64,000 nucleotides of DNA from an uncultured Microthrixaceae bacterium (GTDB taxonomy: Bacteria > Actinomycetota > Acidimicrobiia > Acidimicrobiales > VFJN01): contig CAVVRO010000008.1 in assembly GCA_963750645.1 (NCBI GenBank), positions 535,594-599,593 of the forward strand, read 5' to 3'. Position numbers and translations under genes: made by a program. Of the stretch, positions 1 through 9,876 are shown one piece after another (the first letter of the stretch is position 1; each line of letters starts with the position of its first letter). The notes beneath the pieces were generated by a model, which searched no databases, had not been told where the DNA came from, and saw nothing but the letters and a program-made list of their open reading frames with translations.

Positions 1-603
1 GACGTACGGCCCCTTCGGCAGATCGACGGCGCCATCCACTTCAACGAGGTGTTCCTCGACCAGGTGCGCGTCCCGCACGATCACGTGGTCGGCGACGTCG
101 GCGACGGGTGGCGCGTCGCCATGACGACCCTCACCGCCGAGCGCACCTCGATCGGCGGGGGAGGCCAGACCGGCTGGCGCGAGGTGGCCGATCTGGCCCG
201 GCGCTTCGACCGGCAGCGTGAGCCCGTGGTGCGACAGGAGCTGGCCCACCTCGCAACCCGCGAGATGATCCAGCGCTGGCTCGTGTACCGCGTTCGCACG
301 GCCGCCGCGAAGGGCGTGCCACCCGGTCCAGAGGCGTCGGTCCTCAAGCTGGTCAACAGCCACCAGGTGGAGCACCTGGGCTCGGTCATCATGTCGATCC
401 TCGGCGCGACGGGCACGCTCTGGCACGCCGATGCCCCCGACGACGGCTTCTGGCAGGACGTGTTCCTGTTCCAGTGGTCGAGCCGCATCGGCGGGGGCAC
501 GGAGAACATCCAGCGCAACATCATCGGTGAGCGCGTCCTCGGCCTCCCTCGCGAGCCCGACCCGCTGAAGGGCAGTCCCTGGAAGGACCTCCCCAAGAGC
601 TGA
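1..603 (+). CDS. acyl-CoA dehydrogenase, C-terminal part (5' end lies outside the window)
   Basis: Frame-1 ORF is open from base 1. It ends with the ACAD C-terminal signature WSSRIGGGTENIQRNIIGERVLGLPREP. Confidence 0.85.
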   Translation, partial: DVRPLRQIDGAIHFNEVFLDQVRVPHDHVVGDVGDGWRVAMTTLTAERTSIGGGGQTGWREVADLARRFDRQREPVVRQELAHLATREMIQRWLVYRVRTAAAKGVPPGPEASVLKLVNSHQVEHLGSVIMSILGATGTLWHADAPDDGFWQDVFLFQWSSRIGGGTENIQRNIIGERVLGLPREPDPLKGSPWKDLPKS

Positions 604-647
604 CGGCGTCTGCGGTCGATGTCCACCCCCGCAGCTTGTGTTCCAGG

Positions 648-764
648 CTCCGGTTTCCGGAACGCGCAACCACAGGCTGCGGAGGTGCGACCGCCCTGCC
701 CGAGCCTGTGGTCGTCGCTTCCGGCGTCCGGAACGGGGGACCACAGGTTGCGGCGTTCACGCCC
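648..764. repeat. two ~48-nt direct repeats plus an inverted repeat in a convergent intergenic gap
   Basis: Unit 1 (648-696, ctccggtttccggaacgcgcaaccacaggctgcgg...) matches unit 2 (718-764, cttccggcgtccggaacgggggaccacaggttgcgg...). A 9-bp inverted repeat joins accacaggc (669-677) and gcctgtggt (704-712). Unit 2 abuts the permease stop codon at 757-759. Confidence 0.6.
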
Positions 765-1524
765 TGGTCCAGACGCTGCCGGAGGTGTAGCGACGGAGGC
801 CGAGGGTGAAGACGGCGGTTGCGGCGACCGCGAACACCGCAGCCGTGACGACGAGGACGGCGGCGCGACCGGCGTCGAAGTCGTCGACCAGCCCCGCAGG
901 GACGGCCGCGATGAGGGCGGCGGGGACGACCGTGAACAACATGACTCGGATCGCACCGGCGAACAGGTCGACCGGGTAGGCGCCGAGCAGGAGCATGCTG
1001 TGGAAGCCGAGCTCGCCGCTCTCGCTGCGCCCGATGAAGAACGCCAGTGCGCCGGTCAGCACGAGGAAGCCAGTGAGGAGGGTGGCAGACGCCAGCACGA
1101 CCAGCACGAAGGTGACCGTGCGGGCGGGCGTGGGGTCGCAGGCGATGACGAAGAGGCCGATCCCGAATGCGAGGTCGCCGAGGTTGACCGGCTCGATCCG
1201 TCGCAGCAGCACGAAGGGCAGGGGTGCCACGGGCAGCGCGAGGACCGCGTCGAGGTCGCCGCCGACGGCCATCGCGCCGATCCGACGGGCGTTCGCGAGC
1301 AGCCCGAGGGAGATGCCACCCGCGGTGGTGAGGACGGCCTGGAGGACGAGGATGGTGTCGCGGTTCCAGCCTCCGAGCGTGCCGACCCGGTCGAAGAACA
1401 GCACCCAGAACACCACCCACACGAAGTCGTTGATCATCATCACGGTCATCTGGGTGGCCAGCGCTCCGGGCTTGGCCGCCACCTCCGCGAAGGCGTTGCG
1501 CAGGGTCGCGCGGAGCCCGCTCAC
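757..1524 (-). CDS. ABC-2 type transporter permease
   Basis: ORF 757-1941 was trimmed to the GTG at 1524, which overlaps the upstream stop (GTGA at 1521-1524). The product is a hydrophobic multi-TM protein in an operon with an ABC ATPase. Confidence 0.75.
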   Translation of the reverse strand: MSGLRATLRNAFAEVAAKPGALATQMTVMMINDFVWVVFWVLFFDRVGTLGGWNRDTILVLQAVLTTAGGISLGLLANARRIGAMAVGGDLDAVLALPVAPLPFVLLRRIEPVNLGDLAFGIGLFVIACDPTPARTVTFVLVVLASATLLTGFLVLTGALAFFIGRSESGELGFHSMLLLGAYPVDLFAGAIRVMLFTVVPAALIAAVPAGLVDDFDAGRAAVLVVTAAVFAVAATAVFTLGLRRYTSGSVWTRA

Positions 1525-2303
1525 CCGCCCACCACCTGCAGCCGACGCTCGCCCGCGCTGAAGGCGACCGAGGCCACCACTGCGAGGATCCCGATCCACA
1601 CGAGCTGCTCGAGGAGCAGCACCGGCTCCCAGAACCCGGCCGCGAGGCGGGCCGGCGCGTAGGCCATGGCGCGGAACGGCAGCAGCATCGCTACACGCTC
1701 GAGCCAGTCGGGCAGCAGCTCCAGCGGGATGATCATCCCGCCCATGATGAAGACGGCTTTCATGTAGAGGAACCAGACGGAGCCGGCGTCCCGGATCCAG
1801 AACGCGATCGAGGCCACGGCATGCTGGGCGAAGAGGTTGGCGGTGATCGCCAGCACGAGGCTCGGCGCCACCAGCACGAAGGTGGCGGGCCGGGGCGGCG
1901 CGCCGCCGACGATCGTGGCGACCACCGCGCCCGCTCCCCACAGGGCCGCCACCTTCGGCAGCCCGCGCCCGACCTCGGTCGCCATGCGGACACCGAGCAC
2001 CGAGGCCGGCCGCAACAGCTCGACGGCCACCGTCCCCTGTGCGATGTCCGTACCGACGTCTTCGATGTGGCGCGCGTTGACGGACACGATGGCCGCCTCG
2101 GACGTGACGATGTACCAGGTGAGCGCCACCGCGCTGTACCCCGCGAGGTCGCCCCCGTTCGCGTCGACCGCGACTCGCCAGAGGCCGGAGAGCGTGCCGA
2201 CGATCACGACGTAGAAGCCGATGGACACGACCATGCCGCCACCGTCCACGAGGGACCGGTGCGCTGCCCCTCGCACGGCCTCGGTGTACGCGCGGGAGAT
2301 CAT
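1521..2303 (-). CDS. ABC-2 type transporter permease
   Basis: 260-aa hydrophobic ORF. Its start overlaps the ATPase stop (ATGA at 2300-2303). Confidence 0.75.
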   Translation of the reverse strand: MISRAYTEAVRGAAHRSLVDGGGMVVSIGFYVVIVGTLSGLWRVAVDANGGDLAGYSAVALTWYIVTSEAAIVSVNARHIEDVGTDIAQGTVAVELLRPASVLGVRMATEVGRGLPKVAALWGAGAVVATIVGGAPPRPATFVLVAPSLVLAITANLFAQHAVASIAFWIRDAGSVWFLYMKAVFIMGGMIIPLELLPDWLERVAMLLPFRAMAYAPARLAAGFWEPVLLLEQLVWIGILAVVASVAFSAGERRLQVVGG

Positions 2304-3241
2304 CGGGCCGGCAGCTCGTAGATCTCCGCGATGACCTGCTCCAGCGGCGGGTCGACCACGGAGATGTCAGCCACCGAGGGACCGGCGAGGAGCTCGTCGA
2401 GCACCGTCCGGATGGGTGTCGTGTGGGTGTCGACGACGAGCCGCATCACCGTGTCCGTGTGCTCGAGCAGGGTGACACCGAGCGAGGCGGGTGGCGGGAT
2501 CGGTGCGAGGAGACCGACTTCGACGATCTTCGTCGCGAGCAGGGTGCGGCGCATGGCGGCGACCTCGTCGTCGTAGATGACCTCACCATGGTTGATGACG
2601 ATGGCTCGCTTGGCCACGTGCTCGATGTCCGCCACGTCGTGCGACGTGAGGAAGATCGTCGTCCCCCGTTGCTCGTTGAGGCGTACGAGCAGCTCGCGGA
2701 AGCGCTGCTTGGCGACGAGGTCGAGACCGATGGTGGGCTCGTCGAGGAACAGGATCTCCGGATCGTGGAGCAGGCAGGCCGCGAGCTCGCACCGCATGCG
2801 CTGCCCGAGCGAGAGGTTCCGCACGGGCTGGTCGAAGAGGTCACCCGCGTCGAGCAGGACACCGAGCTCCGCCGTTCGCCGCGCTTCGGCGGCTCGATCG
2901 AGCCCGTAGATCGCGGCCAGCATCCGGTACGACTGGCGGGGCGTCAGCTCCAGCCACAGCAGCGACCGCTGGCCGAAGAGCGTGCCGATCCGGCGGGCGA
3001 GCTGCCGCCGCTCCTGCCAGGGCGTGAGGCCGAGCACGGTCGCGGCGCCGGAGGTGGGGTGGAGGATGCCGGTGAGGATCTTGATCGACGTGGACTTCCC
3101 GGCGCCGTTGGGGCCGATGTAGGCGACGCGCTCTCCGGCCGCCACGTCGAGATCGAGGGCGCGCACTGCCTCGACCTGGCGACGCGCCTTGCGCCGACCA
3201 GTGTCGAAGACCTTCGTCAGCCCCCGTGCCTCGATCACCAT
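2300..3241 (-). CDS. ABC transporter ATP-binding protein
   Basis: Walker A GPNGAGKST, signature LSLGQRMR and Walker B ILFLDEPT are present. The start was set at ATG 3241 (MVIEARGLTKVF), inside the longer ORF. Confidence 0.9.
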   Translation of the reverse strand: MVIEARGLTKVFDTGRRKARRQVEAVRALDLDVAAGERVAYIGPNGAGKSTSIKILTGILHPTSGAATVLGLTPWQERRQLARRIGTLFGQRSLLWLELTPRQSYRMLAAIYGLDRAAEARRTAELGVLLDAGDLFDQPVRNLSLGQRMRCELAACLLHDPEILFLDEPTIGLDLVAKQRFRELLVRLNEQRGTTIFLTSHDVADIEHVAKRAIVINHGEVIYDDEVAAMRRTLLATKIVEVGLLAPIPPPASLGVTLLEHTDTVMRLVVDTHTTPIRTVLDELLAGPSVADISVVDPPLEQVIAEIYELPAR

Positions 3242-3281
3242 CCCACCAGCGTGGTCGATGGCGCCTCGGCGACCAGGGTCT

Positions 3282-3899
3282 TTACCGTTCGAGCAGCCCG
3301 GGCAGCTCGTCGAGGGACTCGATCCTGTGGTGGGCCTCGGCAGCCTCCGGCCAGGTCGCATGGATGTGACCCCAGGGCCCCCGCCGGATGAACACGCCCA
3401 CCATCCCCGCCGCCTGGGCCGGGAGGACGTCGTTGTCCAACCGGTCGCCGACGTAGGCGATCCCGGCGGTGGGGAGGTCGAGCTCGAGGGCGATCCGCTC
3501 GAAGAAGCGCGGCGACGGCTTCTCGACGCCCCACCCGGCCGAGGAGGCGATGAGGTCGACGGGAGCGTCGAAGCCGCGCAGCACCGCTTCGGCGCGTTCG
3601 GGCTGGTTGCCGGCCACCCCGACGACGAAGCCGGCCTCGTGCACCGCTCGCAGGCAGGGCAGGGCGTCGGGGTAGAGATCGTCGGCGGTGAACGAGGGCA
3701 GGTCGGCTGCCACCCGCTGGCGGCCGACGAGGGGCCACGTGTCGCGGTGATCGCCCCGTCGCTCGATCACCGCACCGAGCGCGGCGAAGAACGTGAACGG
3801 GCTGAGACCGAGCGCCGAGGCCTCGGCGCGCCACTGGCTCGTCTCGTCGACCAGGGTCTCGCCGACGTCGAAGACGACGGCGCGGATCGTGCGCCTCAG
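3282..3899 (-). CDS. HAD-superfamily hydrolase (start codon uncertain, possibly CTG)
   Basis: HAD motif I (VVFDVGETLVDE) lies upstream of the tracked ORF start in the same frame, and motif IV (YVGDRLDNDV) is present. There is no ATG, GTG or TTG between the upstream in-frame stop and motif I. A CTG at 3899 overlaps the stop of the upstream gene (CTGA). Confidence 0.7.
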   Translation of the reverse strand: MRRTIRAVVFDVGETLVDETSQWRAEASALGLSPFTFFAALGAVIERRGDHRDTWPLVGRQRVAADLPSFTADDLYPDALPCLRAVHEAGFVVGVAGNQPERAEAVLRGFDAPVDLIASSAGWGVEKPSPRFFERIALELDLPTAGIAYVGDRLDNDVLPAQAAGMVGVFIRRGPWGHIHATWPEAAEAHHRIESLDELPGLLER

Positions 3900-5587
3900 A
3901 AGCGGACCAGTCCGCCGGGGCGCGCGCCGGTGGGCTCGCCGTGCTCCATCGTCACCTCGCCGGCCACGAGGGTGGCGACGTAGCCGTCAGCGCGCTGGAT
4001 GAGCCGCCGCCCGCCGGCGGGGAGGTCGAACACCATCTCGGGCGCCCGCAGGTGCATGCCGTCGAGGTCGATGAGGTTGATGTCGGCTCGCTTACCTGGG
4101 CGGAGGACGCCGCGGTCGGTGAAGCCGTACGCCGCCGCGGTGCGGGAGGTCTGGAGGCTGATGGCGTGCTCGAGGCCGAGGCGCGGGCCGCGGTCTCGTT
4201 CGTTCACCCAGTGCGTCAGCAGGTAGGTCGGCATGCTGACATCGCAGATGAGCCCGCAGTGGGCCCCGCCGTCGGACAGGCCGAGCACCGTGTTCGGGCT
4301 GCTCATCATCTCCCGGAGCGCCTCGTGGTCGTGGTCCGCGTAGCTGGCCAGCGGCGCGAAGAGGAAGGCCGTGCCGTCTCGCTCGAGGAGCCAGTCGAGG
4401 GCCACCTCCTGCGGCGCTCGACCCTCGCGCTCGGCCGCCCCCGCGATGCTCGCCGACCGTGGCGGCTCGTAGTCGGGCGGGTCGCCCAAGGGGAAGATCT
4501 GCTCCCACCGCTGCATCAGGCCGAGCGCGATCGGGTTTCGCGTTCCCGGCTGGTCGGCCAGGAGCGCCGCGCGCACCTCGGGCTGCGACAGGCGCGCCAC
4601 GCGCTCCGCTAGGGGGAGGTCGGCCAGCGATCGGTAGGTGGGATGGGTGGAGAACGGGTGCAGGGACGACTGCAGGCCGAACAGCATCCCGGTCGGCCGG
4701 CAGGACACCTGCGGGATGATGTTGCGCCCCGCCGCCTGGTCGAGGCTCGCGGCAGCCAGGGCGTCGCGCCAGGCGTCGGGCGCGTAGCCGGCCTGGGCGA
4801 GGGCATAGGTCGCGGTGGCACCGGTGCGCTCGACGAGCTCGACGAGCCAGGCCCGGTCAGCGGCCCCGCCCTGGTGGTCGGACACGAGCTGGAAGACGCC
4901 GTGGCCGGCCCGCCCGATGGCGTCGCCGAGGGCGAGGAGCTCCTCGGGTGGGGCGTCGGTGCCGGGGACGAGGCCGTGCTTGGAGCTGTGCAGGATGGTG
5001 CGGCTGGTGCTGACCCCGCAGGCCCCGGCGCGCAGGCCCTCCTCGGCCAGCTGCGACATCGCGGTGATCTCGTCGGCGGTGGCGTCGCGCTCGTGGGCCC
5101 GCTCGCCCATGACGTACGCGCGCAGCGCGGCGTGCGGCACCTGGGCGGCGATCTCGATGGCGCGCGGGGTCTTGTCGAGGGCGTCGAGGTACTCGGGGAA
5201 GCTCTCCCAGTCCCAGTCGATGCCTTCGTGCAGCGCGGTGCCGGGGATGTCCTCCACGCCCTCCATGAGCTCGATCAGGAAGCCCTCGCCGCCTGGCCGC
5301 ACCGGTGCGAAGCCCACGCCGCAGTTGCCCATCACGACCGTGGTGACGCCGTGCCAGCTCGAGGGTGTCATGTCCGGGTCCCAGGTCACCTGTCCGTCGT
5401 AGTGCGTGTGGATGTCCACCCACCCGGGGGCGACGACCAGGCCGTCGGCGTCCAGCTCCCGCGCGCCCCGCCCGTCCACCGTTCCGACCTCGATGATGCG
5501 GCCGCCATCGACCGCGACATCGGCCGCCACCGCCGGCGCCCCGCTGCCGTCGACGACGGTCCCTCCGCGGATCACGAGCTCGTGCAT
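3896..5587 (-). CDS. N-acyl-D-amino-acid deacylase (D-aminoacylase) family amidohydrolase
   Basis: N-terminus is MHELVIRGGTVVDGSG...APGWVDIHTHYDGQVTWD. The 563-aa length is typical of the family. Confidence 0.8.
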   Translation of the reverse strand: MHELVIRGGTVVDGSGAPAVAADVAVDGGRIIEVGTVDGRGARELDADGLVVAPGWVDIHTHYDGQVTWDPDMTPSSWHGVTTVVMGNCGVGFAPVRPGGEGFLIELMEGVEDIPGTALHEGIDWDWESFPEYLDALDKTPRAIEIAAQVPHAALRAYVMGERAHERDATADEITAMSQLAEEGLRAGACGVSTSRTILHSSKHGLVPGTDAPPEELLALGDAIGRAGHGVFQLVSDHQGGAADRAWLVELVERTGATATYALAQAGYAPDAWRDALAAASLDQAAGRNIIPQVSCRPTGMLFGLQSSLHPFSTHPTYRSLADLPLAERVARLSQPEVRAALLADQPGTRNPIALGLMQRWEQIFPLGDPPDYEPPRSASIAGAAEREGRAPQEVALDWLLERDGTAFLFAPLASYADHDHEALREMMSSPNTVLGLSDGGAHCGLICDVSMPTYLLTHWVNERDRGPRLGLEHAISLQTSRTAAAYGFTDRGVLRPGKRADINLIDLDGMHLRAPEMVFDLPAGGRRLIQRADGYVATLVAGEVTMEHGEPTGARPGGLVRF

Positions 5588-5714
5588 GGCCGGCTACCCC
5601 CGTTCTGTGTGCGTCCAGCACCGCATGCCGATGCCTGGCGCACGCAGATCTTGTCGCGGTCTTGACCGGTCGGTCTAGTTTTCGCTCGGGGGGACCCGGA
5701 AGTACCGTGACGGC

Positions 5715-7271
5715 GTGACCGAGCACCCCATGAGCGAGCGCCTGTCCGAGCTGGCCAAGCGCAAGGAGCAGGCGCTGCACGCCGGGTCCGAGCAGTCGGT
5801 GGAGCGCCAGCACGCGAAGGGCAAGATGCTCGCCCGCGAGCGCATCGAGTTCCTCCTCGACGAGGGCTCGTTCCACGAGCTCGACATGCTCGCCCGCCAT
5901 CGGGCCCATGACAGCGGGCTGCTCGAGCGCCCGTACACGGACGGTGTCGTCACCGGGTGGGGCACGATCCACGGCCGCAAGGTCTTCATCTTCAGCCAGG
6001 ACTTCACCGTGTTCGGCGGCGCCCTCGGCGAGGTCTTCGCCGAGAAGATCCACAAGGTGATGGACCTCGCCATCAAGGTCGGCGCGCCGCTGATCGGCCT
6101 CAACGACGGGGCCGGGGCCCGCATCCAGGAGGGCCCGGTCAGCCTGGCGAGCTACGGCGGCATCTTCCACCGCAACGTCCTCGCCTCCGGGGTGATCCCG
6201 CAGATCAGCGTGATCCTCGGCCCGTGCGCCGGCGGCGCCGTCTACTCCCCCGCCATGACCGACTTCATCTTCATGGTGAAGGAGCGGTCGCACATGTTCA
6301 TCACCGGTCCCGACGTCGTGAAGACGGTGACCGGCGAGGAGGTCACGCTCGAAGAGCTCGGGGGGGCGATGTCGCACGCGTCGAAGTCGGGCGTCTGCAC
6401 CTTCATGGGCGACGACGAGGAGATGGTGCTCGACGAGGTGCGCTACCTGCTGAGCTTCCTGCCCTCGAACAACCTCGAGGAGCCGCCGCACGAGCTCACC
6501 GGGGACGACCCGGACCGGGCGTGCCCGGAGCTGCGCGAGATCATGCCCGCCAGCCCGAACATCCCGTACGACATGACGTCCGTCATCACCTCGGTCGTCG
6601 ATGAGGGCGACTACCTGGAGTACTTCCCGCACTGGGCGGGATCGATCACCTGCGGCTTCGCCCGCATCGATGGCCACCCGGTCGGCATCGTCGGCAACCA
6701 GCCGATGGTGCTGGCGGGCGTGCTCGACATCAACAGCGCCGAGAAGGCCGCCCGCTTCGTGCGCACGTGCGATGCGTTCAACATCCCCCTGGTCACGTTC
6801 GTCGACGTCCCGGGCTTTCTCCCGGGCGTCGACCAGGAGTACGGCGGCATCATCCGCCACGGGGCGAAGCTCCTCTACGCGTTCTGCGAGTCGACGGTCC
6901 CCCGCATCCAGGTCATCACCCGCAAGGCCTACGGCGGCGCCTACGTGGTGATGAACTCGAAGTCGATCGGTGCCGACCTCGCCTTTGCCTGGCCGTCGGC
7001 CGAGCTGGCCGTCATGGGCCCGCAGGGCGCGGTCGAGATCGTGTACCGAAAGGAGCTCAACAGCGCGGACGACCCGGTCGCCAAGCGCGCCGAGCTGGTC
7101 GACGAGTACACCGAGCGGTTCTGCAACCCGTATGTCGCGGCCGAGCGCGGCTTCGTCGACGACGTCATCGATCCGGCCGAGACGCGGATCAAGCTGGTCG
7201 CCGGTCTCGAGCTCCTGCGCTCGAAGCGCGAGGAGCTCCCCAAGCGGAAGCACGGCAACGTACCGCTGTGA
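5715..7271 (+). CDS. pccB: acyl-CoA carboxylase carboxyltransferase beta subunit (propionyl-CoA carboxylase beta-like)
   Basis: 518-aa product with [26 protein letters not shown] and the AYGGAYVVM motifs. A small epsilon-subunit gene follows it. Confidence 0.9.
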   Translation: MTEHPMSERLSELAKRKEQALHAGSEQSVERQHAKGKMLARERIEFLLDEGSFHELDMLARHRAHDSGLLERPYTDGVVTGWGTIHGRKVFIFSQDFTVFGGALGEVFAEKIHKVMDLAIKVGAPLIGLNDGAGARIQEGPVSLASYGGIFHRNVLASGVIPQISVILGPCAGGAVYSPAMTDFIFMVKERSHMFITGPDVVKTVTGEEVTLEELGGAMSHASKSGVCTFMGDDEEMVLDEVRYLLSFLPSNNLEEPPHELTGDDPDRACPELREIMPASPNIPYDMTSVITSVVDEGDYLEYFPHWAGSITCGFARIDGHPVGIVGNQPMVLAGVLDINSAEKAARFVRTCDAFNIPLVTFVDVPGFLPGVDQEYGGIIRHGAKLLYAFCESTVPRIQVITRKAYGGAYVVMNSKSIGADLAFAWPSAELAVMGPQGAVEIVYRKELNSADDPVAKRAELVDEYTERFCNPYVAAERGFVDDVIDPAETRIKLVAGLELLRSKREELPKRKHGNVPL

Positions 7272-7432
7272 TGGCTTCGTCACCGAAGCGGAGCTTCGGA
7301 GCCGAGCTCGTTCGAGACCGGCCAGCGGCCGGTGCTGACCCCCTGTCGCTCGGGGTCGGCGGAGCCGCCCCTCGCCGGTGGGGGGCTCCGGCGGCGCCTC
7401 TGCCCCCCACACCCCCCGCCCGCAACCCTGGC
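7272..7432 (-). repeat. GC-hairpin intergenic repeat, copy A (inverted relative to copies B and C)
   Basis: The reverse complement aligns with copies B and C. The shared core is gtggggggcagaggcKccgccggagccccccac ... cggctccgccg ... gaacRagctcgg. The proximal end abuts the pccB stop codon. Confidence 0.7.
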
Positions 7433-7440
7433 GCCTCCCG

Positions 7441-7614
7441 ATGATGGACGTCTCTCCCACGCCCACGGACGAGGAGGCGGCGGCGATCGCAACGGCCATC
7501 GAGCTGACCTGGCCGCGGGCGGCCGTGGCGCCGACCACGGAGACGCCACGCTGGCGCTTCGCGGGCCGCTGGTGGACCAAGCCGATCGCCGTCCGGCGCG
7601 GTCGACCCTGGTGA
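7441..7614 (+). CDS. acyl-CoA carboxylase epsilon subunit
   Basis: 57-aa product MMDVSPTPTDEEAAAIATAIELTW...PRWRFAGRWWTKP, which carries the typical AccE C-terminal WRFxGRWW motif. It lies directly downstream of the beta subunit. Confidence 0.75.
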   Translation: MMDVSPTPTDEEAAAIATAIELTWPRAAVAPTTETPRWRFAGRWWTKPIAVRRGRPW

Positions 7615-7620
7615 CGCGGG

Positions 7621-8625
7621 ATGGCTGAGCTCACCACCGTCGCCGACGATGAGGCCGTCATCCACGACGGCCCGGAGGCGCGCACCCACACCGGGCTCGA
7701 CCACGACACCGCCCACGAGCTCGACGGCTTCGCGTTCCGCACGCTTCCCCGCCTCGGCCAGCGACTGGCGACGGTGGCCACGGTGAACGACGTGCACTTC
7801 GGCGAGGAGGTGTGCGGGATCATGGACGGGATCCCCGACGGGCCGTTCTTCAGCGTCGAGCCAGGCGCGGAGCCGTACCCCGAGCTCATGAACCGAGGCG
7901 CGATCGAGGAGATCTCGGCGATCGAGCCCGACGCGGTGCTCGTGAAGGGCGATCTCACCTGCGATGGTCTCGACGAGGAGTACGCCGCGTTCCTCGCGGC
8001 CTATGGACCGGCCTTCGGCGACCGACTGCACCACGTGCGCGGCAACCACGACGCCTACCGCTACCAGACCTATGCTCCCGAGGGACCGCAGCGCATCGAT
8101 GTCGAGGGCCTCACGCTGGCGCTGCTCGACACCACGATCCCCGGCCACACCACGGGGCAGATGCCGGCTGACCAGCTCGACTGGCTGGAAGACCTCGCCG
8201 CCGAGGCCGACCGGCCCGTGCTCGCGCTGGGGCACCACCACGTGTGGAACCCCGACGCGAGCACCAGGCCGGACGACTACTTCGGGATCCACCCGGACGA
8301 CTCCGAGCGGTTCATCTCCGTCGTCGGCCGCCATTCGAGGATCATCGGCTACGCCGCCGGCCACACGCACCGAAACCGGGTCCGACGCTTCGCCGCCACT
8401 GGCCACCGCCCCTGGATCGAGGTCGCCTGCGTCAAGGACTACCCAGGGAGCTGGGCCGAGTACCGGGTGTTCGAGGGCGCGGTGCTGCAGATCCACCGAC
8501 GCATCTCGACGCCCGAGGCCCTGGCGTGGACGGAGAAGACGCGCGACATGTTCGGTGGCGTCTACGGCGAGTACGCCTTCGGCGAGCTCACCGATCGATG
8601 CTTCGCCATGCGGATCCCGACTTGA
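7621..8625 (+). CDS. metallophosphoesterase (calcineurin-like)
   Basis: Motifs NDVHFG, KGDLTCDG, VRGNHD and GHTHRN are present. Confidence 0.8.
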   Translation: MAELTTVADDEAVIHDGPEARTHTGLDHDTAHELDGFAFRTLPRLGQRLATVATVNDVHFGEEVCGIMDGIPDGPFFSVEPGAEPYPELMNRGAIEEISAIEPDAVLVKGDLTCDGLDEEYAAFLAAYGPAFGDRLHHVRGNHDAYRYQTYAPEGPQRIDVEGLTLALLDTTIPGHTTGQMPADQLDWLEDLAAEADRPVLALGHHHVWNPDASTRPDDYFGIHPDDSERFISVVGRHSRIIGYAAGHTHRNRVRRFAATGHRPWIEVACVKDYPGSWAEYRVFEGAVLQIHRRISTPEALAWTEKTRDMFGGVYGEYAFGELTDRCFAMRIPT

Positions 8626-9815
8626 CCCGACCGGGGCCCCTCGCCGGCATCCGCGTCCTCGACCTGGCCACCGTCATCGCCGGTCCCGGCACGGCGCGCT
8701 ACCTCGCCGACTACGGCGCTGACGTGCTCAAGGTCGAGCGTCCGGGCACCGGGGACAGCACACGGCTCATGGGCGTGCCCGACCCGGCCGACGGCACCTC
8801 CCTGTACTGGAAGCTCGTGTCTCGCAACAAGCGCTGCACGACCGTCGACCTCAAGTCGGACGACGGGCGGGCGACGATCCTTCGCCTGGTCGACGACGCC
8901 CACGTCCTGATCGAGAACTTCCGGCCGGGCACGCTCGAACGTCTCGGGCTCGGGCCTGACGTGCTGCTGGAACGGAACCCGTCGTTGGTGGTCCTGCGCG
9001 TCACGGGCTTCGGGCAGGACGGGCCCTACGCGGGCCGAGCCGGCTTCGCGACCATCGCCGAGGCGATGTCAGGGTACGCAGCCCTCAACGGGGAGCCCGC
9101 CGGCGCCCCGCTGCTCCCTCCCATCGCCCTCACCGATGAGGTCACCGCCCTGGTCGGCGCGTTCGCCACGATGGTGGCGTTGTGGTCCGGAGTCGGGCAG
9201 GTGGTCGACGTGAACCTCCTCGAGTCCCTCTTCCAGTGCATGGGACCGCTCCCGGGCGCGTTCGCGGCCACCGGTTACCTGCAGCCTCGGCTCGGTTCGG
9301 GCATCCCGTACTCGGTGCCCCGTGGCACGTGGCAGTGCGCGGACGGCGGCTGGGTCGCCGTGTCGACCTCGGCCGAGTCGGTGGCGGGCCGGGTGATGGA
9401 GCTCATCGGGTTCGGCGACCGAGCCGACCTCCAGAGCTTCAACGGTCGCATCGCGGCCCGGGACGAGATCGACGTGCGCATGACCGAGTTCTGCGCAGCC
9501 CGCTCCCGCGCCGATGTGCTCGCCTCGTTCGAGGAGGCCCAGGCCGCCGCCGCTCCCATCTACGACATGGCCGACATCGCGGCGGACCCGCACTACCAGG
9601 CCAGGCGATCGATCATCGAGGTGGACGGCGTCACGATGCAGGGCCTGGTCGCGAAGCTGTCAGAGACACCAGGAGCAGTGCGGTGGCCAGGGAGGAGCCT
9701 GGGCGCAGACGAGGCCGAGTGGGCCAGCCCGACGGGGGGCGTGGGGGGCAGAGGCTCCGCCGGAGCCCCCCACTCGGGAGGTGATCCGGCTCCGCCGGTC
9801 GCCGACCAGCAGTGA
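8598..9815 (+). CDS. family III CoA-transferase (CaiB/BaiF type)
   Basis: N-terminus GPLAGIRVLDLATVIAGPGTARYLADYGADVLKVERPG. The start is ATG 8598, or TTG 8622 overlapping the upstream stop (TTGA). The last ~29 codons run into repeat copy B. Confidence 0.8.
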   Translation: MLRHADPDLTRPGPLAGIRVLDLATVIAGPGTARYLADYGADVLKVERPGTGDSTRLMGVPDPADGTSLYWKLVSRNKRCTTVDLKSDDGRATILRLVDDAHVLIENFRPGTLERLGLGPDVLLERNPSLVVLRVTGFGQDGPYAGRAGFATIAEAMSGYAALNGEPAGAPLLPPIALTDEVTALVGAFATMVALWSGVGQVVDVNLLESLFQCMGPLPGAFAATGYLQPRLGSGIPYSVPRGTWQCADGGWVAVSTSAESVAGRVMELIGFGDRADLQSFNGRIAARDEIDVRMTEFCAARSRADVLASFEEAQAAAAPIYDMADIAADPHYQARRSIIEVDGVTMQGLVAKLSETPGAVRWPGRSLGADEAEWASPTGGVGGRGSAGAPHSGGDPAPPVADQQ

Positions 9816-9876
9816 GCGCGCCGTAGGCGCCCCGAACAAGCTCGGACGAGCTCGCCGCAGGCGAGCGACGCCGAAC
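9728..9876 (+). repeat. GC-hairpin intergenic repeat, copy B
   Basis: Sequence gtggggggcagaggctccgccggagccccccactcgggaggtgatccggctccgccgg...gtgagcgcgccgtaggcgcc...gcaggcgagcgacgccgaac. It ends at the TAG of the minus-strand gene (9877-9879). Confidence 0.7.

Noticed and set aside
4857-7958. A 1033-codon ORF on the minus strand.
   Set aside because: It runs antisense to the well-supported D-aminoacylase, pccB, accE and phosphoesterase frames. Its translation is Arg/Pro/Gly/Ala low-complexity sequence. Long open antisense frames are expected in DNA this GC-rich.
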